A DNA stretch of 64,000 nucleotides from positions 117,118,001 through 117,182,000 of the forward strand of contig OX597818.1 in NCBI GenBank assembly GCA_951406725.2, in the 5' to 3' direction. Source of the stretch: Octopus vulgaris. Taxonomy: Eukaryota. Positions within the stretch are counted from its first letter, which is position 1, and each line of letters opens with the position of its first letter. This document shows positions 26,204-39,749 of this stretch, one piece after another. Position numbers and translations under genes: made by a program. A model generated the notes under the pieces. It did not search any database, was not told the DNA's origin, and saw only the letters and a program-made list of their open reading frames with translations.

Positions 26204-26467
26204 CGGTGGAGGCTCGTGGTGTAGTGGTTTGGGTGTCAGAATCATGATCGTAAGATTGTGGTTTCGATTCCTGGACCGGGCGACGCGTTGTGTTCTTGAG
26301 CAAAACACTTCATTTCACGTTGCTCCAGTCCACTCAGCAGGCAAAAATAAGTAACACTGCGATGGACTGGCGTCCCGTCCAGCTGGGGAACACATACGCC
26401 ATAGAAACCGGGAAACTGAGCCCATGAGCCTGGCTAGGCTTTAAAAGGGCGCATTTATTTATTATTT
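26204..26467 (+). mobile_element. tRNA-derived SINE with CORE-like middle and the 4963-type tail
   Basis: 12-bp TSD TAATCAGCCCCT at 26192-26203 and 26468-26479. Confidence 0.95.
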
Positions 26468-27689
26468 TAATCAGCCCCTTTAATTACAGCATTTAGTTAT
26501 AACATTTCGACTTCCTTTAACCCATCACAATAAGCCATTATGATGTAACCAAATCTACAGAGGAAACACTTTTCTATATGTTTGCTTTTGACTGCTCTAT
26601 GCATAGAACTGTTTTATGCAGAAAAAGAATAATACTTTATATAATTATATAGAAGGTATCGACGCATACATCATTACGCATAGCTGCATAGATGTCATTT
26701 TGATAAGCTCTGTATTTATATTTTATATTTTGTGGTGACAATATTTCTATTTAAGATAGCTGATAATTTTCATATTTTACAGCTGGCTAAGTTTAAATGA
26801 CATTATGTGTGTATTTTCACAAATAAATTGCTTAGCTGTCAGCTAGAGATGACATATCTTTAATCACATTACATTCTTATACTTTCGAAATGACATATCA
26901 AGATTCTTCAAATTTTCGCTCTTTCTCTTTTTATATGTTCAATATTAGGTTTTTCTCATAATCGACATAGAAATCCACTTTCTTTGCACAATCACGAATA
27001 CATACACTCTGTTAATATAGCTAATTGGTGAGATTAACTTAACAACTAACTGAAATTTCTATCACAAGCCAATTAAACATAAACACACTTCTCAGAATCG
27101 CAACATCAGTCATTAAGTTTTTAAGAATTTAATTTTGTGTCCCTCACCGAATGCATATTTCAATGTACTTAATTAGTGGTGTCTTCACTAGTAAATTGAG
27201 AAGAAGTCAAAAAGACACAAAGAGGACATTTTCTCTCCTCTGTTGGCGTGGTAACTTTAAATAAGATAAGAATATTTCCAAGTACGCAAGTTGCAAATTT
27301 TAATATTCAAACTCATGAAACTCTTCGGTTCTCTATAGCCCCTTCAAGCGAATGAACTGCTCTTATCTCATCTCCTCTGATTTGGCGAATTCCTCTTTAA
27401 AGAAGCATGAACTAAAATCTTTTCATATATTAAACTTTTCAGATTTGAAGTCGGAGGTGAGAGGGACAAAATATGCCGATGTGACAAAACTGACTCCAAA
27501 GTGCATCAAAAGCTGCCACACGGTTTTCCAAAATATACAGTCACTTAATTTAGATCTAAAATTATTTTTAATTTCTCGACATTATATCATCTTCACACGT
27601 CCTTCTCTTTTAGATAAAGGGTTTTAATAGATTAAGAATACGCTTTTGAATATAATACAAGTTCACATTTTATTCACACTCACACACAC

Positions 27690-28500
27690 TTCTGTCTTTT
27701 AAATAATCATGCAACCACTCTCCTAGTTTTCCAGTGATAGCAAGACGTTGTAGTTTGTGACATATCGTCCCATGATCAACGTTGTCAAAGGTCTTGGCAT
27801 AGTCGAGATATATGACATCGGCATTTGAGTGGTTGAGTGGCTGAGCTGCTGTTTCAGTACGCGATCATAATGTTGTAGTAGCTGTGTGACAGATCCTCCC
27901 CGGGTGGAAACAATATGTGATTGTGAGCAAGTTATTCTCTTCCAGGAAATTGATAATGCTCTCCGTGATCTTGCTAACATATGAAATTAGAGAGATAGAC
28001 CTGTAAATGTTAGTATCTGCTCTGTTTCGTCTTTTACTGACAGGATATGCGATACCTTCCTATAACAGTCTGGGAAGTTTACCGCATGCAAAGAAACCCC
28101 GAAATTATCTGCAGTGGTTTTGCAAGAACTTGCTAGCATGTTTGTAGGAGAACAACTGGAAATCAATCTGGGTTTGTTTTCTGAGTTCATCTCATCAATG
28201 GCCGATATTACAACTTCCTCTTTTATGTCGATGTAATCGATGGTTGTCTCTTTCCCATGTAGATTTGCACTGTTAAGTTCTTTAGGCTCGCTTATTGGCA
28301 TGTTTCCCAGAGGAAAAGTGAAGACACTCTGGAATTATTTGCTTTAGCACTTCTCTTATCCTTTTGGGATGTGTAGTTAGGGAGCTGTCTTCTTGAAATA
28401 GTGTAGAGCACCGAGATAGATTCTTTTGCAAAATTGTAGATTTTTCTATTCATCTTTATACTTTTCGCCACCCTGGTTTCATTTTTACCTTTCCTTTTCC
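27690..28500 (-). mobile_element. Decayed CR1/L2/Jockey-group LINE reverse transcriptase
   Basis: IDIKEEVVISAIDEM; IYRSISLISYVSKITES; FLEENNLL; TQLLQHYD; NADVIYLDYAKTFDNVDHGTICHKLQRLAITGKLGEWLHDYLKDR, with frameshifts. Confidence 0.85.
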
Positions 28501-28584
28501 TGGGAGAGTTTGAATTTATTTTCGATTTCAAGATGCGCACCTTTGAGTAAAAAAAATTCTGCCTGGATTTGAATTCGGAATCAT

Positions 28585-30012
28585 GATCTATTTCAGCAAT
28601 ACCTGGCTGATGTGTATGCTAGAGTTGAGAGTGAACGTCTCCTCTATATTCGTAACGAACAAAAAAGTTAAGGGATAAAAATTACGTTCATCTCCAAGAT
28701 GCTCTGAGGACGGATGGTGATATTCAAACCATAGAGCAATCCTCTCATCATCATTTACAGGTGGTCCTTGATATATGCAAGAGCGAACATAAGATGCTAT
28801 GACATGTTAGGACATATGAAAAACCAGATCTTCTTGTCACTTTCGCCTGCAATCCTAAATGGGAAGAAATATAATCTAACATTCTTTCAATGTTGCATCT
28901 TTTGGTATTGTAGCTACCCTCCTTAGTGGGGGATGAACTGCTCATTTCATGTCCAAGATCTCTGTAAACCTTGCAATGAAAGATTTTCAAATGTGCAACA
29001 TTTCCAAAAGCACTGCAATGACAACAGTTCTCCAAGAAACTTGCCTCATTGCTTAGGATGAGTACACTATGTTACATCGTGGAACCCAATATGTACTTGA
29101 GAGTACCCTCCGAGACATCAAAAATAATAGCACGCTCATGGCAAGAGTAAAAGTCCGTCTTGCATGAGATTTTCGTAAAATTTTGCATGAGATTTTCGTA
29201 AAAGCTGATGAGGTCAATATATGCTTACAAAATCGTATCTTTGGAGATATATGAAAATACTTCATCTTACAAGTAACAAGGTGATCATACGAGCTTCTTA
29301 AGATTGGTAATGAGATATTATCCTTCAAATCAAAACTTTAGCTACTTGAAATTACACGCGAACAAATGATACTTTCTCTCAGGGATATTATGGAGAAAGT
29401 ATTGCCTAATTTATCTGACAATTACACTGATGTAAACTGACTATATGAAAGAGTTATACAGGCTCCAACTAATGAAATGTTGGTAAACACAATAAAAAAT
29501 TAACAGATACCTCAGAAATGATTTTTCGATCAATTGACTACAGGCGTTGAATTTCAAAACACACGTAACCCCGCTGGGATGCCACCGCATAGGTTGACAC
29601 TAAAACTGGGTGTTCCCATTATGTTGCTTTGGAATCTTGCCACATTTCACCTATGTAACAGAATTCGTTTAATTATTACTTCCATGAAGCCCTATGTCAT
29701 GCAGGCAACAATCATAACAGGTTGTCATCAAGGAGGGAGAAAATGTCTCACGGCCACTCTTATGTTGCTTGCTCGCAACTTGGAAGCAGCACCAATTTAT
29801 TCATTTCGACATCAACAAAAAAATTACACGATGAATATTGTTTCCTCTGACGTGCTTCAGCATTGACAGATTTTCAGTTCAAAATATTGTTATCTTTAAA
29901 ATTTGGATATTTTTCAATAAAATGTAGATATTTTGAAATAATAATGAGAATATATATTTATTGAATAAGAAAAGCAGTCAGTAACCTGGGCAACGCTGAG
30001 TCATTCAGATTG
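28585..30012 (+). mobile_element. Internally deleted Helitron (Rep plus Pif1-like helicase remnants)
   Basis: FQQYLADVYARVESERLLYIRNEQK; SSFTGGP*YMQERT*DAM; KPDLLVTFACNPKWEEI; TLRDIKNN..LA*DFRKIL; GMPPHRLTLKLGVPIMLLWNL..LCN; 3' hairpin ACCTGGGCAACGCTGAGT at 29984-30001. Confidence 0.9.
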
Positions 30013-30018
30013 TATATA

Positions 30019-30049
<31 letters not shown>

Positions 30050-30072
30050 GTATATGCATATATATACACGCA

Positions 30073-30124
<52 letters not shown>

Positions 30125-30204
30125 TAATATATATATATATATAAGGAGAGATGCATGCATACATACATACATACATACATACAGATGCACACACACACAT
30201 ATAG

Positions 30205-30267
<63 letters not shown>

Positions 30268-31842
30268 TAAATAGATACATAGATACATAGATACATACAT
30301 ACACACATACATGTATACATACATACATACATACATACATACATACATACATACATACATACATACTATACATACATATAAATATAGGACTCGCTGGTTT
30401 TATCTCATACCATCTGTTTCTTCACCTTGTTCCTTTATCTTTTGTGAGCATCGATGCGTTATTTCTCTTGGTTGCTTCGCAGCTTTGATTTCGTCCAAAC
30501 ATGACGTAAGTATAAAATTTTCAAATTTTACAGAAGTGATAAAAAAATATATATATATAGTGTTAACAAAACTTTGCTTTTCCTATCGAAAAAGTTTGAA
30601 AAGCTATTGAAAAGTTTTACATCTGTTTACCTTTGTTTTATTTGGAGCTTAGGTGGAACGAAAAAAATAAAATGTTAATTACAAGATATTTGTAAAAGTG
30701 CAATAAAGATCATGTTAGATAAGAAGGTGCTTCAATGCATTTCTTGCCCATTAAAGTAAAAGAGGAGATAAATGTGATATTCTAAATAAATCAATGAAGT
30801 GTTTTCTTAGAAAAAGAAATTATGAGAGCACGAAAGTAATCAAGAAACATGATAAGGTAATCACTGAACACGGTCGACTCCCGACCAGATATTCTAAAGC
30901 ATTTGACTTAATTTAGTGTGTTGTGGATTTCATTAGATACTAATAAACAAGTCAATAGTAATCTTCCCACACAGATGCTTATTTAGTTGATTAATTCAGC
31001 GATATATGTTCCCTAATAAGAGATTTAAACAATTATTGAAAGATTTTAGATCCGATTATCGTTACTAATAACTAATGGATAGATTTGGACGAATATTTAA
31101 GTCGTATATATCTATTTAACTTTTGTCTTAAAAATTAAATAAAATTCTCCATCTTCGTCCAGGAAGACACCTTCATGTTTTTTCGTAAAGAAAATGCCTT
31201 CACTTGTTGCCCTGGGAAACACACTTTGTAAATGAAAATAATTTTTTCTCTTCCTTCGAACAGTTATAATTTGATTCCTTTTGAATCGTATCGTCCAAAT
31301 GCCTTCCGATACGAGCAAAACATAAATATAGATAATGGTGGTTGTATAGTTATAAATATAAATGTATGTGTGTTGTGTGTGCCTGCGTGTGCATATATAA
31401 TAGGCATAGCGACGGAAAAGAAAGATAAAGTGAATATGACTGTGAGAAAACACTCAAAAATAACAGCCATATTTGAAACTTAGAAGTCTAAAGTCATACA
31501 AATAATGTAGCTTTATTCATATACAAAGCAACTCATGAACGTATAAAACAATAACTTATTAAATTCATACATAGAACGTAAAAGTAACTATGAAAAAATC
31601 TGGATAGATAAATAATTGTATAAAAAATGAAATAACACAAAAATAACATAAAATAACATAAAATGAAATGAAATATAGGCGAAGGAGAGACTGTGAGGTA
31701 AGTAGCTTGCTTACCAACCACATGGTTCCGGGTTCAGTCCCATTGCGTGGCACCTTGGGCAAGTGTCTTCTTCTCTAGCCTCGGGCCGACCAAAGCCTTG
31801 TGAGTGGATTTGGTAGACGTAAACTGAAAGAAACAAGTCGTA

Positions 31843-31885
<43 letters not shown>

Positions 31886-31889
<4 letters not shown>

Positions 31890-32424
31890 AAACAAGTCAA
31901 AATAGAAAATGCTAAAATAATTTTATAAAGAACATTTCAGTACCGGTTTCCTTCTACCTCTTAACTTTATCACTAATGCTTTTTAGTAAAACACCTACGC
32001 AAATTCCATAAACAAACCTCTCAATAGAAATATTCTCCTGAATTGAACTGCAACTGCTAGCCGTCACTGACCATTCAAAATACAACAATCAAGGCACTCC
32101 CAAATTTTTCCACCCCCTCTCCTCTTCAGCCTTCTTCTTCTTCTACCCTACCAAGAATTCACAACGACCTCGAACACACAAGTGCAAACAAGGGAGTCAG
32201 AGAAAGGCAGAATGCCACTTATATTTGAACACTACTATACAAATATTCCTTTAAAAAAACTTTTCTTCTAATTTTTCTAAATTTAATTATTTAATCGTTA
32301 CAGTTGAAAAGGTCTCAAAATGACCGAAACCGGTACTGAAATGTTCTTTATAAAATTATTTTAGCATTTTCTATTTTGACTTGTTTTTTCATATATATCA
32401 ACTCGTGTGTTCCTTTTCACCCTT

Positions 32425-32428
<4 letters not shown>
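31886..32428 (+). mobile_element. Fold-back PLE-type insertion in (TA)n
   Basis: Perfect 65-bp inverted repeat 31886-31950 / 32326-32390 and a 38-nt tail; possible GIY-YIG C-terminal remnant (RKFH..KYSPELNCNC*) at about 31998-32060. Confidence 0.85.
32296..32343 (+). ncRNA. Minimal type I hammerhead motif, U3-A8 core variant
   Basis: CGTTACAG-TTGAAAA-GGTC-tcaaaat-GACC-GAA-ACCGGT-A-CTGAAATG. Stems I and II pair, stem III is the palindrome ACCGGT, and the triplet is GUA. Confidence 0.75.
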
Positions 32429-32488
<60 letters not shown>

Positions 32489-33117
32489 GTGTGTATATGT
32501 TTGTGTGTCTGTGTTTGTTCCCCCAACATTGCTTGACAACCGATGCTGGTGTGTTTACGTCCCCGTAAATTACCGGTTCGGCGCAAGAGACCGATATAAT
32601 ATGTACTAGGATTACAAAGAATAAGTCCTGGGGTCGATTTACTCGACTAAAGGCGATGCTCTAGCATGGCCACAGTCAAATGACTGAAACAAGTAAAAGA
32701 GTAAAAGAGTAATACATATAGCGTAAAATAAAATAGCCGAACAGAAAGATAACCACAATCACTAGGAGACTACTCGTTAGTATCTATTATTCAACTGATG
32801 CGGGGGAAATATTTCAGGGAATGCCCACAAAGAAGCGACGAATATTAACATTTTATAACTGACCGTAGTCAGTGACCTGATGTGTTCTTAAATGTCTAAG
32901 CTTTCTATATCATGAAATATCTTTTATCTTTTACTGTTTTGAGCCAAAAGCTTTAGTGGCTGACAGTATGGCTAAGGTCATGTGTGAAAGAGTCACCATA
33001 AACAGTAATGGCCTCATTCCAGTTTCTTAATGGCTTCTGCTGAGAATTGATGTCTTCTCAGAAAGAGCGTCGTTGGATGACACAGACATCTACTGTTCAA
33101 AAATCAGGGAGCCACTC

Positions 33118-33165
<48 letters not shown>

Positions 33166-33518
33166 TGAGAATTATGCGGACAAACAAATCAGAAAAATTT
33201 ATTATATTTTATATATTTAATGAGTATGATGTGTATAATTGTCTCTATACACGTTCAGCTTGATCCTTCTTACAGCCTACCTTTACCTTGTGGAATCGAT
33301 CCCCTGTAGACAGATCGGATTCTAAGTTTGAATCTTTTGAACACTGAGTATTGTCTATATGAAGAATCTCTGGATCTCACCTGTCGATTATACATCTGTG
33401 TGTGTGTGTATGTATATCTATCTATATCTATATCTATCTATCTATCTATATATATGTGTGTGTGTGTGTGCATATATATGTTTGTGTTTGTGTATGTGTG
33501 TATATATATATATATGTG

Positions 33519-33852
33519 TGAAGTCCTGTTAAAGGCCTTTGATATGCAGGACGCTGACTGGGAGAAGAATGCCTGTCATCGCCACAGATGGAGGAAGCAG
33601 GTTAAGGAGGGGGATCGACACTTTTGAGAGAGCACGTATCCAGCATGAAGAACTTAGGCGAGCTGTGCGAAAGCGCACGGCTCGTATAGTGAATGGGGAA
33701 AGCTTGGTCTGCAATGTTTGCAGTCGTGTGTGCTGGTTAAGAGCAGGGCTCATTAGCCACCAACAGAGCCGCAAATGCAAAATAGTCCTAGAGCGCACAA
33801 TGTTCCTGAAGGTCGGCAATGGTCTTTCTCGGTCACGTGTGGACGGCCATCA
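33519..33852 (+). mobile_element. RTE-clade LINE 3' end with C2H2-like finger
   Basis: LKAFDMQDADWEKNACHRHRWRKQVKEG / IDTFERAR..LVCNVCSRVCWLRAGLISHQQS; one frameshift; microsatellite tail. Confidence 0.85.
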
Positions 33853-33858
33853 TATATA

Positions 33859-33918
<60 letters not shown>

Positions 33919-34200
33919 TAAAACAGCAGCGCACCAGGAAGTTACAATCAATTGTATTAGTTGTGTAATAGTGTTGGTTGTCGCATGAATTTTGTTTATT
34001 TGTATTTTACTCATATTTGATATTTGTGCATATTCAAGGGCCAGAGGATAGAGGACTTGTTGGGGTCTTGCATCAGAAGAAGATGCGTTAAGTAATGCAA
34101 ATGCTACGCCAAATGAGTTAATATTTGTAGCACAAGTAGACGCAGATATTTATTTGATGGATAAATTTGGTAGAAGTAGTGGGCTTGAAATGTCTTCATC

Positions 34201-34231
<31 letters not shown>

Positions 34232-34953
34232 CGATGAGAAACTATGACTCTGAGAGGAGCTTACAGTTCTACTTTGTGTCACTAAACTAGATCCAGAATG
34301 ATATGCCACAAAAATAAACAAACCAAAGTGAGAGAATATTGGCAACGATGTAAAAAGATATGAGTTTGGAAGAAGGCGAGTTTAGATTTGAAATAGATTT
34401 GAGAAGTCTGATGATCCAAATGACAGCGAAAATAAAAAATGTCCAGAAAGACCACAGTGATGATAATGATGATGGCACCATCATCCTTCTCGCCTTCTTC
34501 ATCCTCCTCCACCTTCTCCTCCTCATCTTCATCATCATTATCACGGCAGTAGCGGAATCAATAACATGATCATCCTTTATCGTCGTTATCGCCCTGGAGA
34601 TAGTAACCACAAATACGATCCCGACAGTGATGAGGAAGATAACAACTATGTCAACATTTGTTAGCTTTAGAATCTCACAAAGATAACTGTTAGGAGAAAG
34701 AATATGAGAAAATGAAATTAACCAGAAGCTACATGAGACGATACATCCACACGAACACACTCACGCACGCACGCACGCACGCAGTGATACATATTAAAGT
34801 TTTGGTTAGGCATAAAGATACTAATAACCTGGTGTTAGAACAGAATTTACCAATGCTTCAGAATAAAGCATTAGCCGAGTATGGAGTGTAATATGAACTT
34901 TAAAGAAATGACAAGAGAACAAGACGTACGTAATCAATTTCATATACATGAAC

Positions 34954-35008
<55 letters not shown>

Positions 35009-35017
<9 letters not shown>

Positions 35018-35368
35018 TGAGGGAGATAAATTAATATTAATTTTAATATCAATTTAAAACCAGTAGTCTAGCATACAAAAAATCTGAGAAATCAGAGAAA
35101 ATTCTAATATATGTGTATATTGGCAGAGCAAGACTGCTAGGTAGTCGGCCGTATGCTAGAAATAGATCATCAACGATCAAACTACAAAGAAAGTTCTCTA
35201 GAGGAAAAATTCAGCGAACACCAGAACCAAATTTGGCGGGCAGGACAGATGAAAATTTATATAAAAAACAAAATGAATAGCATACCTCGGTTTCGGCCTT
35301 TAACAAAATCGTTGATGATCTATTTCTAGCATACGGCCGACTACCAAGCAGTCTTGCCCTGCCAATAT

Positions 35369-35373
<5 letters not shown>
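35009..35373 (-). mobile_element. Fold-back PLE-type insertion in (TA)n with a half hammerhead
   Basis: Arms at about 35112-35177 and 35308-35373, tail of about 100 nt on the left; minus strand GGCC-GAAAC-CGAG-GTA-TGCTA at 35298-35278. Confidence 0.8.
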
Positions 35374-35425
<52 letters not shown>

Positions 35426-36461
35426 ATAAATAATATATATATAAGCATATATACACGCATACATGGGCATGCCTACATATACATGGATATATGGGTCCAG
35501 GACGTCAAAAATACGTGAACAAAATGAGAAACGAGATAGGCAACATAAAGAACATTCTCTTCATCAGTTGTCTCCTGTTTTATCTACTCCGCGTTCGATG
35601 GTAAGGACAAGACGCGACTTCGTTGAAACAGTTATTCCCACAAAGTAAATTATATAAAATTTGAGATTTTTTGCGGAGGGTTAAAGTGGTAACAAAAAAC
35701 AGAACTGTAAGAAGTAAACAGTAAAAACAAACGGTGAGGGTTGTTAAGCGATAACGAGGTGAAGTCGTGAACGCTGGAAAAACGAGCTTACGATTGTAAA
35801 ATCAATGATAAGCAGTGTCTTTATGGGAAAAAATATCAGTTACTACTATGATATTGTTGATGAAACTCGTTCTTTGTCTACCTACTTACTCCCTTTGTGA
35901 TTTTGGTTAATGGAATAATTATAAAAATGAATCTTTTAAATTTAACTAAATTCTATATTTTTTATGCAGCTGAAGATTGCTCTACATTTTAAAACTGATG
36001 TAATACTTGCATTGTTCAATTAAATGGGGTTGCATGAAACGATCGTACTGCATTACTTCTGGATATCCTTGTTGCTTATTCTGATTATAATCACCACATT
36101 TTGAATTATATGGATAATGCCATACCAAATGAACACAAGCGTCTGCTTGTGTTCATCAATTTCGTCCTTCACCTTGGCCAAAATCAACTGATTAAAACGA
36201 ACGAAATAAGAACAAGGAACTCTTAGCCATCCATCATAACAATAAAAAGTCCTCGAAATCGTCGTTCTTCTGCAATTTGTCTTTTCTTTCAAACTTTACT
36301 TCATACTTCTTATAATCTCTCTCTCTCTGTTTCCTTTATTATTTTCATCTTTCTCTCTCTCCGTCCCCTTTAACTTTTTCACTCGTCCTAATACATCTCA
36401 TTATTCCATCTATGCAGGAAAACTTTCATGCATTTATTGACACAGCAATATAAGCCATCTA

Positions 36462-36462
<1 letters not shown>

Positions 36463-36492
<30 letters not shown>

Positions 36493-36990
36493 TACCTCCT
36501 CACCCTAACTTCTCTTCCGCTACTTCTACTGCTCCTTCTTCTTCTTCTTCTTCTTCTTCTTCCTTCTACCTCTTCTTTTCTTGTTCTTGTTCTTGTTCTT
36601 CCTCCTCCTCCTCCTCATTTTCCTCTTCTCTTCCTCCACTCATTCTGCTTCCTTTTCTTCCTTTTCTTCATTTGCTTTTTCAAATTTCTTCAAGTTCTTC
36701 GTACTCTTACTCTCCTTCCTCATCTTCTTTTACTTCTTCAATTTCTTCTACTGCTCTTTTTTCAATTTCTTCAATTTCTTCTTCATCTTATCCCCTTCTT
36801 CCTCATCTTATTTTTCCATTTCTTCTTCTTCTAGTTCTCCTCCTCCTCCTCCTCCTCCTCCTCTACCGCTTCTGTTTCTTTTTATCCTCCTCTTCCTCTC
36901 CTTTCTCTTCTTCTTCTCCTCCTTCTACTGCTTCCTCTTCTTCTGCTTCTTCTTCTGCTTCTTCTTCTTCTTCTTCTTCTTCTTCTCCTT
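36463..36990. repeat. Pyrimidine-rich (CAT)/(CTT)/(CCT) low-complexity tract
   Basis: Direct reading; it explains ORFs 36581 and 36672. Confidence 0.9.
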
Positions 36991-37417
36991 CACAACCCCC
37001 CCCTCTAGAATCATGTGTATCGTACTCATTCGCCACCAGAACATTTCTCTTCTCTTAACTGACTCACATCACCCCCACCCCCATCATCCCCCCGCCTCCA
37101 CCATCACTGCTTTTTCTTTACTCCCCCTCAGTACTGCTTACCTGCTAAGTCGATATCATTGACCCCAGTGTTCAGGTGATAACTTTTTTAAACGTCCCAC
37201 CCCCACCCCCACCGAAAGGATGTAAGGCAACGTCGACCTCGGCAGACTTTGAACTCAAGAGCACAAAGACGGACGAAATGCCACAACGTATTCTGCCCGT
37301 CGCCGTAACGATTCTACCAGCTCACTGAAGCAGCAGCAGCAGCCGCAGTAGTAGTATTGCAGGATGTTATGTGTGTAGTATTTACTTGTTATACTACTAT
37401 TGCTCCTGGTGATGCAG

Positions 37418-37470
<53 letters not shown>

Positions 37471-37486
37471 GCTGCTACTACTACTG

Positions 37487-37539
<53 letters not shown>

Positions 37540-37950
37540 GCTACTGCTACTACTACTCTCAATACTACTTTTACCACCACCAACACCACCGCTGCAACCA
37601 CCATACCACCATCACTACTACTACAGCTACTACTAGTACGACGACGACCACCACTGCTACTACAACCACCACTACAACCACTACCACCACCACCATCTAC
37701 ACCTCTAATACTACTACTACTAGTACTACTACCAACAACAACAACACCACTACTCTCTCCTTACTACTATTTATACCCACCACCGCTACTACAACCACCA
37801 CCACCACCACCACAACTACCACTACTACTTACTACTGCTATTACTACAACCTCGTTTGCCTTAATACTACTTTTACCACCACCACCACCACCATCACCAT
37901 CATCACCGCCGCCATTACTACTACTACTACTACTACTGCTACTACTACTA
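37418..37950. repeat. (CTA)n / (CCA)n compound trinucleotide repeat
   Basis: Direct reading; it explains ORFs 37357, 37389 and 37400. Confidence 0.95.
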
Positions 37951-38499
37951 CAACGAGGACGATGGCGGCGAATTCAACAACGCTGACGATGATGACGTCC
38001 ATGACACCCACGCAGGAAGGGACACCTATGATTTATTTCTTTATTTTTTTGTTTGTTTTTATCTCGCGGCCTAGGTGACAAGTTGCTTTTGAGAGACAAT
38101 AAACGAAAGATAGAATGGCGATGACGACGACGGCGACGGCAGCGGCAACGAGCACAACCAGTGCGGAAACGAGGGAGGCGGCGCCGATCGCAAAAATCCA
38201 CGATGATGACGGTGATTATAAAACAATGCTGAGAGCAATGATGTGCTGACGGCGGCGGCGGCGGCGGTGGTGGTGGTGGTGGTGGTGGTGGCGGTGTTGA
38301 GAAAATTGATGATGATGTGAGAGCGATAGAGAAAAATGAGGAGCTGGAGCTGGTGGGGGTGGGGTGGAAGACGTGAAAGTTTTCCTTTTTATATATATAT
38401 ATAAATATATATATATATTTTCTTTTATATCTTTACTTTTGCAAATGAAAGAAAAATCAGTCAAAATCAGATCGAGGCTAAAGCTGTTCCAGCAATTGT

Positions 38500-38830
38500 T
38501 TTCTACCCCCCTATTCATCCATGTGACGCAACGAAATTCTGTTGCGGTCCGGTAGGAATCACCATTTTAAGCAAAATATCAACATCGCCAACGATATTAC
38601 TGCTCCCCATAATTACAACACAAACTACAACAATACAAAAAAACCATGCATTCTACACTTTCATTAGCCACACAGCAACAGTAATACAACCGACAGCAGT
38701 AATTTCTAACAAAAAGCAATCACAATACGAAATGCTTGTTACTATCCAGCTACGCACCTAGTCGCCATTCAGTAAAAAATTGACCAATGAAATTACTGCG
38801 TGAATTAACCAATGAAACGATAGGAAATGT
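38500..38830. promoter_or_regulatory. Candidate Pol II promoter (twin CCAAT boxes, CRE-like site)
   Basis: GACCAATGA and AACCAATGA with CCAAT at 38784 and 38809; TGACGCAA at 38524; CpG-containing, TE-free surroundings. Confidence 0.4.
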
Positions 38831-39027
38831 CTAGCAACCACTACCACAAAAATGAAGACTACTACCGCTAAAACCGCCACTATCACCACATGTATTACTA
38901 TTACTGTGTACCACAACTACCGCTACTATCTTTGATAAATTGATTTTTTTTCCTCTCAGCCTGTTCCCCCTTTACTCGCGCGTCCCATCCATTTTCGGTG
39001 AGAAATACGTAAAACCACCGCCACCGT

Positions 39028-39077
<50 letters not shown>

Positions 39078-39566
39078 TTACTACTACTACTACTACTATG
39101 ATGACGGCGACGGCGACGAGCTAAAGGAGAAGCAAGACACCGACAACTGTTGCGATAAAAACGCATCATGGTTCGTCCTGTTTCACTTACTCCCTCCGTA
39201 TACTCCGTAACTCCTACTGGCCTGCCTGTTCGGTTTTACTGCTAATCGTGAATCAGTGAAATAATATCACAATCTCCACCACTGTAGAATGGTTAGCAGA
39301 ACACATTAACTATACACTCGCATTATTTTTGCAGACAACCACCCACACGTTTGAACAGGGAAAAGAAAAAAAACAAAAAAACACAACACACACAAATGCA
39401 TGTGCATCCTAACACATTTATCAACGCTTGTAGCAAACAAACGATTCTGCATGCATGCGCCTCCATGTATGAGTACAGAGAAGCACAGACAGACAGACAC
39501 ACATAAATATAAGTTCATATATCTGTGTGTGTATAAATATATATGTATGTATATGTGTATACACAA

Positions 39567-39617
<51 letters not shown>

Positions 39618-39709
39618 TACGTATATTTATATATATATAGGGAAATTTCACAAAAAAATGAAAGACGAAGTCAGGTGTTGTAGACAGCAAATAGAGTTAT
39701 GTATGTATG

Positions 39710-39744
<35 letters not shown>

Positions 39745-39749
<5 letters not shown>

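Larger units (their letters stand above)
31677..32711 (+). mobile_element. SINE family C split by an insertion in its internal (TA)n
   Basis: The 5' half (31677-31844) and 3' half (about 32488-32711) are colinear with 59886-60298. Confidence 0.9.

Noticed and set aside
29958-30373. YIYI/CVCV ORFs here and throughout the track
   Set aside because: These are translations of dinucleotide and tetranucleotide microsatellites.
33915-34195. About 90 stop-free codons on the minus strand
   Set aside because: No upstream start or acceptor and no homology recognised.
35540-35635. Minus-strand CTGATGA with an upstream GAAC..GTA
   Set aside because: I could not build stems I and II in any permutation.
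37357-37986. 209-aa Thr/Pro/Leu-rich ORF (mucin-like)
   Set aside because: It is entirely (CTA)/(CCA) repeat and open in several frames; there is no domain or splice evidence.
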